Origin: Eledone cirrhosa | Lineage: Eukaryota | Direction of reading: 5' to 3' | NCBI GenBank assembly: GCA_964016885.1 | Contig: OZ024747.1 | Coordinates: 78,058,001 to 78,122,000, forward strand | DNA length: 64,000 nt | Shown: piece after piece, positions 25,407 through 40,026 of the stretch | Position numbering within the stretch: position 1 is the first letter of the stretch | Layout of the letters: each line of letters begins with the position of its first letter | Position numbers and translations under genes: made by a program | The notes under the pieces: generated by a model | Seen by the model: only the letters and a program-made list of their open reading frames with translations | What the model was told of the DNA's origin: nothing | The model's database searches: none

Positions 25407-25879
25407 CCTAGTATGTATTATATACGACCAGCTTATATTTCATAACAGGGGATATAGAAATTAGTTACCTATTATGAGTGATCAAAATATTTCTGATGAG
25501 TTCTGCCAATAATGATAACAAAAGCTGTGAATATATTTAATCTTTGGAGTTCAAGATAGCTATGACATATATATATACCAGTATTATTGGATATCTGAAC
25601 TATTATACAAACTGAGAAATTTGGGTTTTAATAAACTTAGGGTTTGCATGAGAGAAACCATATAGTTTATGTTGATTATAGACAAGTGGAAGTAATTAAA
25701 AATATGAGTGATATATAAATAATTTATTTTTAACACATATTTACAGAAATGTTCAGCATGTGTATGAGTGTGTGCATGTGTGAGTGTGAGTGTGCATATT
25801 TGGATATGTGTGTGTGCATGTGTGAGTATGTTTGTGAGTGGATTGTGTGTATGTTGTGTGTGTTTGTGTATGTGTATTA

Positions 25880-26537
25880 TAATAATGAATAATAATGAAA
25901 TTATTGTGTACAGTGCTCAGGTGCACTACAACTCGTCAAAGGTGCATATATAGTACATAGAATAATATGCAAATGTCAGGGAAGTGAATAGTGTATGAGT
26001 CATGATATACATGTATGCGTGTGTATGGAGGGGGAATATTAGGTGTAGTGTTGGTGAATCTCAGGAAGCATGAGGGTTTTAAAGGATGCAGTGTCTCGAC
26101 AGCTAATAACTGATGCAGGTAGTTTGTTCCATGCTTCAGCAACTCTGAACGTGAAAAAATGTTTCCGAAAGTCATGGGAGCTGTGCTGTTTTCTGACTTT
26201 GTGGGCATGGCCACGTGTGTTAAACACATGGAAATCAAAGGGTACTCAGGGTTGTTGTTGGCAAGATGATTAATAATTTTGTGGGTGTTTACCAAGTCAG
26301 TTGCCAGACGTTGGAGCTTCAATGTATCCATGCCCAGGAAAGCAAGGCATTCAGAGTATGGATAGATGCCTGATGGAGGGTATTTGCTTGGTTGCACGTC
26401 TCTGAACAGTTTCCAGGTGGTCAATGTTCTGAGCAAGATAGGGGTTCCAGACTGGTAATGCAAATTCTAAGTGTGGCCGCACCATAGCTATATACAGCTT
26501 TAAATAGATAGCTGGAGAGCGGCTGACAAAGGTCTTG
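25880..26537 (-). mobile_element. CR1/L2-group LINE 3' fragment (frameshifted)
   Basis: LYIAMVRPHLEFALPVWNPY..IDHLETVQRRATK..., TRGHAHKV..RKHFFTFRVAEAWNKLP are typical CR1 C-terminal motifs. It ends in an (ATT)n-like tail. Confidence 0.88.
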
Positions 26538-27005
26538 TGCATGTATGTGTGTATATGTATTGTGCGTGGGTGTGTGTTTGTTTGTGTGTGTGTGTGCATG
26601 TGTGTATGTGTATTGTGCATGGGTGTGTGTGTGCGTATGTGTGTGTGTATTCTACTGCCACTAGTAACATTTATGAAATCCTCATCCAGTCTCTATCCAT
26701 GTCACTGGCCTTCATTGTCTGGAAAAGCCACCCAACCAAACAAACATACATACATGAACACATATAAACTCACACATATGCAAACACAGACACACATATA
26801 CACATACACAAACACATACGAACACACACTCACATATATAAACACTCACACACACACATACAGATACATAAACACAAACACTCATACACACACAGAAACA
26901 CATATACATACACATACAAACTCACATACATACACACACACACACATACACACACACACTCACACACAGACACACACATGCACACAGACACACATGTACA
27001 CACTC
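26538..27005. repeat. (TG)n and (CA)n microsatellites
   Basis: Degenerate TG tract 26538-26650 and CA tract 26740-27005. Confidence 0.85.
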
Positions 27006-28157
27006 TCAACATAGAGAGGAGTGATATAGAAAAAGATTATATACCAGGATCAATCTAATCAATTATTCCTCTTGGGCCACAAATAAAATCAAGAAATCCT
27101 ACAAACAAACAACAAACAAACAAACAAAGCTGGGCTTTATGTTGTTGTTGTTGTGCAGAGACAATAGAAAAATAATTCTCTCTAATTGGAGGCACAATAG
27201 CTTCACTGTGACTTTTTAGGTGAGTGGAGAAACCTGACAGCAAGGTCATGAGATCAAGTACAATTATAGCTATTGCACAGAACAACCCTGAAATTACCTT
27301 ACAGAAAAATAGTTACCACCTGAGCGAACCAATCAGGGAAGTGTTATGTGGTCACCTAACCTGCTAGAAATAACAGTTAAATTATTTTGAATTACACAGT
27401 ATTGTCTGAACAAATAGACAACACATTTGACCATAAACATAGTCTCTGAGATATGTGGTAATTTGGTAAAGTTGTTAGAATGATTTGTGGTATTGGTTCT
27501 GGCTCTCAGCACTCTGAGTTCAAATCCTGCCAAGGTCAACTTTGTCATTCATCCATTCAAGGTCGATAAAAAAAGTACCAGTCAAATACTGAGGTTGATT
27601 CTTCCTCTATATCTCTTTCTCACTTCTATTTTCTCAGGAAGAAATCTGCTGTAGACATACCTGGAGAGGAGATGGGTTCCAACAGGCTTTAAAAATGCCC
27701 CCAAAATGCTGGGGCCATACATATATAGTCCTTGAGATGCAAAAAGTTAAGGTGGTCATGACTGGAATTTCTTTGATCATTGGTCAAATAACAACAACAA
27801 CAATAGTTACAACACTTCACATTTATTTTTTAAGGAAAGGTAAATTTCACAAATATTTAACCCTTTTGATACAAAACCACCTGAAACTGGTTCTACAAAA
27901 CAAACGTTAATGTATTTATATTATCTAAAAAAAAAAACCTTCCATCATAATTTCATGTAAAAACCTTTGTTAAGTTATGTTCCAAGCACCAACTTAATAA
28001 TGGTTTCTAGTTTAGGCACAAGGCCTGCAATTTATAGAGAGGGGAAAACCTCAACACTTGATATTTTATTTTAGGAATCCTGGAAGACTGAAAAGCAAAG
28101 TTAACTGTGGCAGGATTGAACTCAGAGTGTAAAGGGCTGTAAATAAAATAATCTTAT

Positions 28158-28522
28158 ATGATGGTGATGGTGATGATGATGATGGTGACGATGTTGATGA
28201 TGATGATGATGATGATGGTGATGGTTATGACAATGATGATGATGGTGTTGATGATGATGACAATGATGGTGTTGATGGGGATGATGATGGTGGTAGTGAT
28301 GATGATAACGTTGACAATGATGGAGATGATAGTGATGATGGTGGTGATGACGACGATGATGGTGATGGTAATGATGATGATAGAGAGAGATAGAGTGAGA
28401 GAGGGAGAGACAAAGAGAGTTAGAGATAGACGGGGGGGGTGACAAAGAGAGATAGCGAGAGGGGGAGACAAAGAGAGATAGAGTGAGAGATAGAGAGAGA
28501 GGGAGAGAGAGAGAGAGAGAGA
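28158..28522. repeat. (GAT/GGT)n followed by (GA)n microsatellite
   Basis: Direct reading; source of the poly-His, poly-Met and poly-Ile pseudo-ORFs. Confidence 0.92.
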
Positions 28523-28719
28523 GGTGATCTATGGAAACCGTTAACCATAGTGAGAGAATTAACAACTGAATCAGAGTTTTCATTGAATTAAGAACTCCTA
28601 CTTATCAAAGGTAATTCCATGTTTTCAGCAAAGTCGACGTCTACAAGACAAGGTAAAGAGAAAACCTATTATCTTGAAACAGTAATAGTCTAATTTGTTG
28701 GTGATACCTGCTTATTTTA

Positions 28720-29110
28720 TACTGTTGATATTGTTGTTGCTGTTGTTGGTGTTGTTACTGCTGTTGTTGTTACTATTGTTGTTGTTACTGTTGTTACTGT
28801 TGTTGCTGGTGTTACTGTTGTTGTTACTGTTGATACTGTTGTTGTTGTTGTTACTGTTGATATTCTTGTTGCTGTTGATGGTGTTGTTGTTGTTGTTGTT
28901 GTTGTTGTTACTGTGGTTGTTGTTACTGTTGTTGTTGTTACTGTTAATATTGTTGTTGCTATTGTTGTTGGTGTTACTGTGGTTGTTGTTACTATTGTTT
29001 GTGGTGTTGCCGTTACTGTTGTTGTTGTTGGTGGTGGTGGTGGTGTTACTGTTGTTGGTGTTACTGTTGTTGTTGGTGATACTGTTGCTTCTGTAGCTGT
29101 TGTTGCTGTT
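28720..29110. repeat. (GTT)n-derived low-complexity tract
   Basis: TTGTTG/TTACTG repeats; source of the poly-Leu, poly-Asn and poly-Thr pseudo-ORFs. Confidence 0.92.
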
Positions 29111-29963
29111 GGAACTTGGAAATACATGCATGCAAATCACACATGTATGCACACGCACACAAATATGCTATACATACACATGCGCATGCTCACACATACA
29201 AATAAACATGTATCTGCACACACATATACATGAATGCACACACAAGTACATGCACAAACCCAGACACACACACACATACTCAAAGCTTTAAAAAGACTAG
29301 CAGATAAAGTTTTGAGACAGGATATGGTGAACAGAATTGCTGATTTCCTGGTTTCAGTGTTATTTTACTTGTCAAAATATACAAGAATTTGGAAAGTGTG
29401 AAGACAACTTCCCATTGTGAACAGTGAAAATGGATTTGCAAATGTTTGAGTAAAAAAGGTGATACAACAAGAAATATGTATTGATTGAAAATGTTCTATT
29501 TCCGGCAATTCCCATTTTTATCTGTTGAATATTTGCTGCTGTAATTTTAGCCCCATGGCAACTAGAGCTATTGATAGGGTTTGATGCTTGAGGAGGGGAT
29601 AAGGGCTTCATTCTAAGGGTGGATTCTCACAAGCATAGCACCATAAATCTGAAGATGAACCATTTAAAAGTTAAGGGACAGTGCCTCTCAGTGCTTCCTT
29701 TATCCCTCCCTCTCTCTTGGGAGCCTAGACTGAGAGTGATCCTCATCCAACAAACCTATGATCAAATAAGTTTTCTGAGATAAAATATATAAGACTACTT
29801 CATTCAATGGGTCCTTTCCTTTCTTAAGATGGAAGAATGTGATTTGGCTGATGTTTGTAGCAAGTCAAACAATCATGTAGTGAAGAATGAAAATGATATA
29901 AAATATTATGCTTTCTAAATTAAGCACAAAGTTGAGAATTTGTTGGGTAGAAATGTACAATAA

Positions 29964-32900
29964 ATCACAGCATGTCAGAATGTGCAGTAGTCCTCAATAT
30001 GATACCACATATAGAATACATCACAGCATGACAGAATGTGCAGTAGTCCTCAATATGACACCACATATAGAATACATCACAGCATGTCAGAATGTACAGT
30101 ACAACCCTCAATGTGACACCACATATAGAATACATCACAGCATGTCAGAATGTGCAGTAGTCCTCAATATGACACCACATATAGAATTCATCACAGCAGG
30201 TCAGAATGTGCAGTAGTCCTCAATATGATACCACATATAGAATACATCACAGCATGACAGAATGTGCAGTAGTCCTCAATATGATACCACATATAGAATA
30301 CATCACAGCATGTCAGAATGTGCAGTAGTCCTCAATATGACACCACATATAGAATACATCACAGCATGTCAGAATGTGCAGTAGTCCTCAATATGACACC
30401 ACATATAGAATACATCACAGCATGTCAGAATGTGCAGTAGTCCTCAATGTGACACCACATATAGAATACATCACAGCATGTCAGAATGTGCAGTAGTCCT
30501 CAATATGACACCACATATAGAATTGATCACATCATGTCAGAATGTGCAGTAGTCCTCAATATGACACCACATATAGAATACATCACAGCATGACAGAATG
30601 TGCAGTAGTCCTCAATATGACACCACATATAGAATACATCGCAGCAGGTCAGAATGTGCAGTAGTCCTCAATATGACACCACATATAGAATACATCACAG
30701 CATGTCAGAATGTGCAGTAGTCCTCAATATGACACCACATATAGAATACATCACAGCATGTCAGAATTTGCAGTAGTCCCCAATATGACACCACATATAG
30801 AATACATCGCAGCAGGTCAGAATGTGCAGTAGTCCTCAATATGACACCACATATAGAATACATCACAGCATGTCAGATTGTGCAGTAGTCCTCAATATGA
30901 CACCACATATAGAATTCATCACATCATGTCAGAATGTGCAGTAGTCCGCAATATGACACCACATATAGAATACATCGCAGCATGTCAGAATGTGCAGTAC
31001 AACCCTCAATGTGACTCCACATATAGAATACATCACAGCATGTCAGAATGTGCAGTACAACTCTCAATGTGACACCACATATAGTTTTATACATCACAGC
31101 ATGTCAGAATGTGCAGTAGTCCTCAATGTGACACCACATATAGTTTTATACATCACAGCATGTCAGAATGTGCAGTAGTCCTCAATATGACACCACATAT
31201 AGAATACATCGCAGCAGGTCAGAATGTGCAGTAGTCCTCAATATGACACCACATATAGAATACATCACAGCAGGTCAGAATGTGCAGTAGTCCTCAATAT
31301 GACACCACATATAAAATACATCGCAGCAGGTCAAAATATGCAGTAGTCTTCAATATGACACCACATATAGAATACATCACAGCATGTCAGAATGTGCAGT
31401 AGTCCGCAATATGACACCACATATAGAATACATCGCAGCATGTCAGAATGTGCAGTACAAGCCTCAATGTGACTCCACATATAGAATACATCACAGCATG
31501 TCAGAATGTGCAGTACAACTCTCAATGTGACACCACATATAGTTTTATACATCACAGCATGTCAGAATGTGCAGTAGTCCTCAATGTGACACCACATATA
31601 GTTTTATACATCACAGCATGTCAGAATGTGCAGTAGTCCTCAATATGACACCACATATAGAATACATTGCAACATGTCAGAAGGTGCAGTACAACCCTCA
31701 ATGTGACATCACATATAGAATAAATCACAGCATCTCAGAATGTGCAGTACAACTCTCAATGTGACACCACATATAGTTTTATACATCACAGTATGACAGA
31801 ATGTGCAGTAGTCCTCAATGTGACACCACATAGAGAATACATCACAGCATGTCAGAATGTGCAGTAGTCCTCAATATGACACCACATATAGAATACATCA
31901 CAGCAGGTCAGAATGTGCAGTAGTCCTCAATATGACACCACATATAGAATACATCGCAGCATGACAGAATGTGCAGTAGTCCTCAATATGACACCACATA
32001 TAGTTTTATACATCACAGCATGTCAGAATGTGCAGTAGTCCTCAATATGACACCTCATATAGAATACATCGCAGCAGGTCAGAATGTGCAGTAGTCCTCA
32101 ATATGACACCACATATAGAATACATCACAGCATGTCAGATTGTGCAGTAGTCCTCAATATGACACCACATATAGAATACATCACATCATGTCAGAATGTG
32201 CAGTAGTCCTCAATATGACACCACATATAAAATACATCGCAGCGTGTCAGAATATGCAGTAGTCCTCAATATGACACCACATATAGAATACATCACAGCA
32301 TGTCAGAATGTGCAGTAGTCCGCAATATGACACCACATATAGAATACATCGCAGCATGTCAGAATGTGCAGTACAACCCTCAATGTGACTCCACATATAG
32401 AATACATCACAGCATGTCAGAATGTGCAGTACAACACTCAATGTGACACCACATATAGTTTTATACATCACAGCATGTCAGAATATGCAGTAGTCCTCAA
32501 TATGACACCACATATAGAATACATCACAGCATGACAGAATGTGCAGTAGTCCTCAATATGACACCACATATAGAATACATCACAGCATGACAGAATGTGC
32601 AGTAGTCCTCAAAATGACACCACATAGAGAATACATCACAGCATGTCAGATTGTGCAGTAGTCCTCAATATGACACCACATATAGAATACATTGCAACAT
32701 GTCAGAAGGTGCAGTACAACCCTCAATGTGACACCACATCTAGAATAAATCACAGCATCTCAGAATGTGCAGTACAACTCTCAATGTGACACCACATATA
32801 GTTTATACATCACAGCAGGTCAGAATGTGCAGTAGTCCTCAATATGACACCACATATAGTTTTATACATCACAGCATGTCAGAATGTGCAGTAGTCTTCA

Positions 32901-34219
32901 ATATGACACCACATATAGAATACATCGCAGCAGGTCAGAATGTGCAGTAGTCCTCAATATGACACCACATATAGTTTTATACATCGCAGCAGGTCAGAAT
33001 GTGCAGTAGTCCTCAATATGACACCACATATAGAATACATCGCAGCAGGTCAGAATGTGCAGTAGTCCTCAATATGACACCACATATAGTTTTATACATC
33101 ACAGCATGTCAGAATGTGCAGTAGTCCTCAATGTGACACCACATATAGTTTTATACATCACAGCATGACAGAATGTGCAGTAGTCCTCAATATGACACCA
33201 CATATAGAATACATCGCCGCATGTCAGAATGTGCAGTAGTCCTCAATATGACACCACATATAGAATACATCACAGCATGACAGAATGTGCAGTAGTCCTC
33301 AATATGACACCACATATAGAATACATCACAACATGTCAGAATGTGCAGTAGTCCTCAATATGACACTACATATAGAATACATCGCAGCATGTCAGAATGT
33401 GCAGTAGTCCTCAATGTGACACCACATATAGAATACATCACAGCATGTCAGAATGTGCAGTAGTCCTCAATGTGACACTACATATAGAATACATCGCAGT
33501 AGGTCAGAATGTGCAGTAGTCCTCAATATGACACCACATATAGAATACATCACAGCAGGTCAGAATGTGCAGTAGTCCTCAATATAACACCACATATAGA
33601 ATACATCACAGCATGTCAGAATGTGCAGTAGTCCTCAATATGACACCACATATAGAATACATCACAGCAGGTCAGAATATGCAGTAGTCCTCAATATGAC
33701 ACCACATATAGAATACATCACAGCAGGTCAGAATATGCAGTAGTCCTCAATATGACACCACATATAGAATACATCACAGCAGGTCAGAATGTGCAGTAGT
33801 CCTCAATATGACACCACATATAGAATACATCACAGCATGACAGAATGTGCAGTAGTCCTCAATATGACACCACATATAGAATACATCACAGCATGTCAGA
33901 ATGTACAGTACAACCCTCAATGTGACACCACATATAGAATACATCACAGCATGACAGAATGTGCAGTAGTCCTCAATATGACACCACATATAGAATATAT
34001 CACAGCATGACAGAATGTGCAGTAGTCCTCAATATGACACCACATATAGAATACATCACAGCATGACAGAATGTGCAGTAGTCCTCAATGTGACACCACA
34101 TATAGAATAGATCACAGCATGTCAGAATGTGCAGTACAGTCTTGAATATGACACCACATATAGAATACATCACAGCATGTCAGAATGTGCCGTACAACCC
34201 TGAATGAGACACCACATAT
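29964..34219. repeat. 56-bp satellite array, ~75 monomers, with higher-order structure
   Basis: Unit ATCACAGCATGTCAGAATGTGCAGTAGTCCTCAATATGACACCACATATAGAATAC, with 58, 59 and 61-bp length variants recurring in order. Confidence 0.97.
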
Positions 34220-34267
34220 GAATTTGTAAAGACACTTCTGCAGATAATGGCCAAGTACAGCCACTGC

Positions 34268-34345
34268 AACGGAAGAGTTTATGACTATTTGTCCATGAAC
34301 TCCTATATGCTGATGACCTAGTTTTTAATAGCTAAACCTGTTGAA
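34268..34345 (+). mobile_element. Tiny internal RTE RT remnant
   Basis: GAAGAGTTTATGACTATTTGTCCATG-AACTCCTATATGCTGATGACCTAG gives EEF.T.CP-ELLYADDL, matching TEEFKTGCPWELLYADDL in the 8728 ORF. Confidence 0.7.
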
Positions 34346-34426
34346 GACTACAACTTTGTAGGTTTGGCATATAACCAACAGAAGTGACCCAGCAAATTAC
34401 AACTCAACAACGTTTGAACTCAGAAT

Positions 34427-34529
<103 letters not shown>

Positions 34530-36350
34530 ATCAAATATATAGATGGAAGAATTAGCTTTTAAATCATTTTTCTGAAAAGACGTAGCAATTATATAAGATA
34601 GTAAATAATTCTCTACATACTTTTGAACTTTCTATATTTGATTTTACCTTTGCTCTCTCTATCTCTCTCTCTTTATACATATATATATACTTGTGTACTG
34701 GATTGTAGATGTTTAGATATGTTTACATGTTATAGGCAGACCTGTCAACTCTCCCCGTCCAACAGGGAGATGTTCCATCCACTTGGGAAAATGGGTGTAG
34801 CTTTCATTATGTAAAATCTCCCCATTTTGCCTCATTTCTCTCCGTTTGGGGGCACTTGTTTTATGGTACACCCTGTTTGTGTTTTTAGAGGTTGGCAGGT
34901 CTGTAGAGGTGATGTTGTTGAACAAGAGCTATCAACTATAAGTTAAGAGGCACGGGGTTGTTTTGTGGTGTTATGAAGGAGGTCGGGGTATAAGCGAATG
35001 AAATGACCCCAGAAAGAGCGAAAGACAGTTAACCTTCACAGGACTTCAATAATTATCATGGTGGGCCGAAGATACAATAAATCATCAATTCTGGCAATTT
35101 ATCGTCTCTGCCATCTCCACTGCCTTCCGCTCGTGTCGACCACTTGAGGATGACAAAGTAGAGCTCCATCTTCCTCCACATACACCTGCGGAATTCAAGG
35201 TGGGGCAATAAGAGATAATGTAATATATTCTAATACAGTTGGCGACTAGTCTGCCTCTTATAGCAACAATTTGAACATATCATATACCATTCAGACATTA
35301 AACAATTAAAACATTTCTTTATTGTAACTAATAATGGTTTACTAAAATAACAAATTTTAGTTAAACAACTCTTTTTTTTAAGGAAAATCAAAAACTAAAA
35401 CAAACAAAAAAATATATTTTATAATTTGCATAAAGTCAGAGAGCATATTGCGCAAAAAAATTATACTTTCGTTGAAAACTTGGCTAACATACAAAAGTAA
35501 AACAAAAGAGTTTCTCGACTAATTTAATTTTAGCTACAGACTATTTTCTTTTGGTTAAGTTGGTATAATATAATAAAGAGGTTTAATTACAATTAATTTG
35601 AAAAGAACGAAACAGCTGTCTAGAAAATATAAAATATTAGCGAAGCCGGTTAACAGGAAGTGGTTGCTTAAAGCCGGTAATTTTCGTATTTCCTGATTTA
35701 AAGCCGTTACATCTAAGAAATAATACCCACCACCAAAAACTATTATGAAATTAAGTATTTAAAGATAAATGAAATGCTACGTTAACTAACTCGATTTTCT
35801 TTTTATTATATTGTATTTTGGCTTACAAAAATAAATACGAACTTTTACAGGAAGTTGTATATTTAAAAAAAAACTATCTCCATTTGTTGTTTTTATCGTA
35901 TTTTGCATTCGTTTGTTTTCTTCAAAATGAAAGAAAAGAAAATAATTTATTATTTGTTGTAATGGTTCCATCACCGTAAATGGTTCAATGATATCAGAAA
36001 TATAACATGAGTGATTGAGATATGTAGCGGGTTTAAAGGAGGTAGCATATCATGTCAGCATAGTTAGGAGACCGGCTACTAAAAATTAAAAACAAATAAC
36101 TTTCGTCAATTAGGTGTAAAAGGTAGAAATGAAGGCTTTATAAGACTTTCAGGACAAATGAACAAATAGTCAATAAGCAACACATATATATACACACCTA
36201 TACATGTGTGTATATATACATATGAATATATATACATACATACGTGTGTATATATGTGTGTATGTATATATATATTATATATAGTCTATTTGCTATCAAT
36301 GACGTCATAAACGCTATTATAGCAATGCAGCAAGATTTTGCTTAATTCTC

Positions 36351-36391
<41 letters not shown>

Positions 36392-37902
36392 GAGTATTTT
36401 CAGTTTTAAGGTAACATTGCATTGCGGGAGAAAAATATCAATTTCACTCTAAGTGAAGAAGCATTCATCATGAGCTTTTTCGTTAAAAAATAATAAAGTT
36501 ATTTTCTTAGCTTCTCTCAATATCATATAAAATATATTATATGTATAATTAATTAATTAAATTTGTCTCCAATACATAACTCAAAACCCCTCTAGGTACA
36601 ACACATACTATATAGATAGATAGATAAATGGGAGTGTATATATAGTGTTTATTAGACAGGGGTGAAATATAAATTACTTTCCATGTACGTGTATATATAT
36701 ATATATATGTGAATAAATATCTTTATATTTGGGGATGGTCATGTCTTAATATTGCCAAAAACCTTGCAAAATAAATACAACGCCGCTACAATATATAGTG
36801 TCTACACATACATATATATATATATTATATATATATATATATAATATATATACATACATATATAATATATATACGCATCCCCTTTTATATATGTATATAT
36901 ATATACATACATATATAATATATATATATATACACACACAAAATAAAACATTTACTGCTGTTGTATATACATCAACATCATTATCATTACCAACAGCAGC
37001 AGCAACTGGAAAGAAAGGAAACTCTTTTTTTTTCGGAGGAGAGAAAACCGGCTTTCTTCTCTACTCCTCCTCTTCCTCTTCCAAACCAGATTGTATTAGT
37101 TGTATTCTGTAAAAATGATAAATAACTGACTCTGTCTGTGTCGCTCTGTCGTTTAAACTAACAAATTACCTCATCTCCATATAACTAAAACCAGTTAAAA
37201 GCAAGAAAGAAGAACAAGAACACCATACAACAAAAAATACAGCCATTGATAAAAAGAACCCTTAAGGATTATTAATATATTTACTGAAATATTATCGACT
37301 TCAGTCCAACTTGGAGAGGGTCTTTCTCTCCCACCATACCATATACACATTCTGTCTCTTCTCTCTTTAGTCTCATACTTTATTATTACTGTACAGCTCA
37401 ACTAGTTACCGGTTATAAACCACACAAACAAATATTACCCCTTCCCCTTATTGCTTTAGATTTTTATGTTTCTTTTATAAATTCTTTTCCTAATATATAT
37501 ATATATATATATATAGTCGAATTATTTCTTTTGTTTTTAGGGAGGTTTTCTTTTCCTATTCACATTATTTACTCTGTTTCAATTTTAGATTATTCTACAA
37601 ACTATTACATAGATATATACCTACATATATAAGATGTATGTTGATGTGACATTGGACAAACGTATTTTTAGTAATCTTACTAAAATTTGGGTTGACTAAG
37701 TCTTATGGCGGTGGAGTGATTTTTCTCTTTATTTCTTGTAGTTTCTCCTTTTCTATCCCCTATTTTCTCCCTCATAAGACAAAAATCCCCCACATCCGCC
37801 TCCCCCCCGTCTTTTCTTCTTCTTCCTCCTCCACCACTCCCCTCCACCAATCTGTCTTGTTTATAAATACAATATCTTTCTCGCTCACCCTTACTTTTAC
37901 TA

Positions 37903-38127
37903 ATGATGGATGACGAGGATATTCTGCTGGACGATGAAGATCCAGACGGAGGATCAAGTGAAGAAGACAACGACGATGATGAATTAGTCGATTTGGCCAT
38001 GGAACCAGAGCCGTCCACCACCCAAGAGAAACAGGAGGCCGAGGAATTCCCTTTCGAAGTGTTTAAAACTACTGAAATTGTCCAGCTTATGGTTGACTGT
38101 ATCAAAGAAGTTAATTCTGTAGTACAG
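37903..38127 (+). CDS. ARIH1: Ariadne-1 RBR E3 ubiquitin ligase, first coding exon
   Basis: Acidic N-terminus, then EEFPFEVFKTTEIVQLMVDCIKEVNSVVQ (cf. human [30 protein letters not shown]). Phase-0 donor CAG|GTGTG at 38127/38128. I did not find the next exon (expected ..RILL.HF.WDKEKL..) in the window. Confidence 0.9.
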
Positions 38128-39978
38128 GTGTGCTATTTATTTTTTATTTTGCATTATTATTTATGTTATTATTATTGATATTATGTCTAGCTAAATATAT
38201 GTATATTTAGATTTCATTTAAAAAAAAATATTTCTTACTTTGACTATATATGTATGTGTGTATGTATATATCCAATAAATGTTTTCTTTTGGATATATTA
38301 ACTAATATATATATATATGAGTGTGTGTGTCAGTATTGTTTTGATGTGCTAACCCTTGTGGCTAAAAATCTGTTTAAACCTCTTGTTCTTCTCCATACCA
38401 GAGTAAAAGCCTTGATTATTATTTAAATATATGTTATTTGGAGTGATTTAATAAATGGAAAGTTCTGTGAGAGATTTAGCAGCATATATTCTAAAATTAG
38501 TAATATTTTGAATATGTTGGTCTCTGTAATTAGATTCCTTTCAATACATTTTTTTTTTTTTAGAATTTTCTAAAATTTCTCGCTTATCATCATAAAGATT
38601 ATTATTATAATCTTTTTTTACATTCATAGATGAAATTAAAATTAAACCCCTAAACTGTTTACTTTATCGATATTATTAATTCTTACCAGGATGTATAATA
38701 TAGACTTCCCCTTTTTTTTTTTAAATATATCCTATAAATGTCGTAACTGAATATATAATACATGTGACGTGATTTAGTTTTTTTTTTATTCTAATTCTAA
38801 TTATACCCATTACTTATAAATATATTCGTAAATGTAAAAGTATTAGATGTTATATTTTAAAATTAAGGTTGTGTTAGCGATCCCTGACTTTGTGTCACTT
38901 CATCTCTTGTTATATTCCTCACATCTTTTTCTCCCTCTCAAAAAAATAACTGTCAGCCTTTTACATTATATTGATATTAAATATATTAAAATAAATCGTT
39001 GACTGTTCTCTTTCTGTCTCTCTACTGTATACTGTACTTTAATAAATCTCCTCATTTACTAACCGGGAAGGTTGCATGTTTTAAAATAAACCCCAGTAGG
39101 TAGAAATGTGAAGAAAACATGGACCAAGACAGGCGTCACTCTTGTGTTTCGCAGTCCATTGATTAGTTAGTATTAAATGGAAATGTTAGTATGTCTACTA
39201 TTACTGCTTTTAATCACTGAAGGTTGTTGTGTGTGTCTGCTACATTTTTACATTCTCTCTCTCTTTTTTTTTCTTTTTTTTTTTTGTTTCGATTCTTTTT
39301 TTTCTACAAAGAAAATGTACGGAATATTTATCAAGCTAGTCTTCTCTCTTGTTAATGTCTATAATCCGACAATTTGAATTTACACGTTTACAAATTAAGG
39401 GATAGGTTGACATTTAAAATATATATATATATATATTATAATATTGATTGCTGTTATTATTTTGTAATTGTGTTGATGTCTCAACAGAATCCCGATATCT
39501 TCTTTCCTATAATAATAACAACAATAATATAAGAATAATGTATGTAACATTAAAAATACTTTTTAACATGGCGCACACCATATGAACTCCTTGTCAGGCT
39601 TGTTTTTCTTTTACTTCTCTCCCTCTTATATTGTCTCCAGTTTTCCGTTTCATTAAAAAACAATTATCCTTTATAAATATACATATATCTGTTATTTGAT
39701 CCCAAATCTTTCAAAGAAATATTTGTCGCAATTTAAAATTTAGTATTGTTTGAAAGAAACTAACCACTCCATCGCAGTAGCTGGTGTATATATACACACA
39801 TATATATATATAGCGGGATTAAATTGAATTATTTAATTGATTAACGAACGTTTTCAGCAATACATTAAGAAAGTACATTTTTTTTCTTCTGTATTGATTT
39901 CTTCAGAATCTATTAAACAGCATAAGTAACATAATTATTTACCAACCACATGTCCGAACATCATATCGAAAACGTATG

Positions 39979-40026
<48 letters not shown>

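Noticed and set aside
28122-29233. Poly-His, poly-Leu, poly-Thr and poly-Asn ORFs (mucin-like or His-rich)
   Set aside because: Trinucleotide microsatellites that are open in several frames on both strands.
26650-29650. Several minus-strand acceptor-like sites followed by short frames (e.g. LWCYACENPP, VDFAENMELPLI)
   Set aside because: The frames close quickly and cannot be joined into a recognisable protein. A lncRNA cannot be excluded without RNA data.
29908-34010. Many Cys/His-containing ORFs (MCSSPQYDTTYRIHHS...)
   Set aside because: Translations of a 56-bp satellite that cycle through frames and hit stops; no splice structure.
34700-35215. GC-richer segment, possibly an old LINE fragment or an exon
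   Set aside because: No motif I could identify with confidence in any frame.
37680-38105. 141-aa Ser-rich minus-strand ORF
   Set aside because: Antisense shadow of the acidic ARIH1 exon and its pyrimidine-rich leader.
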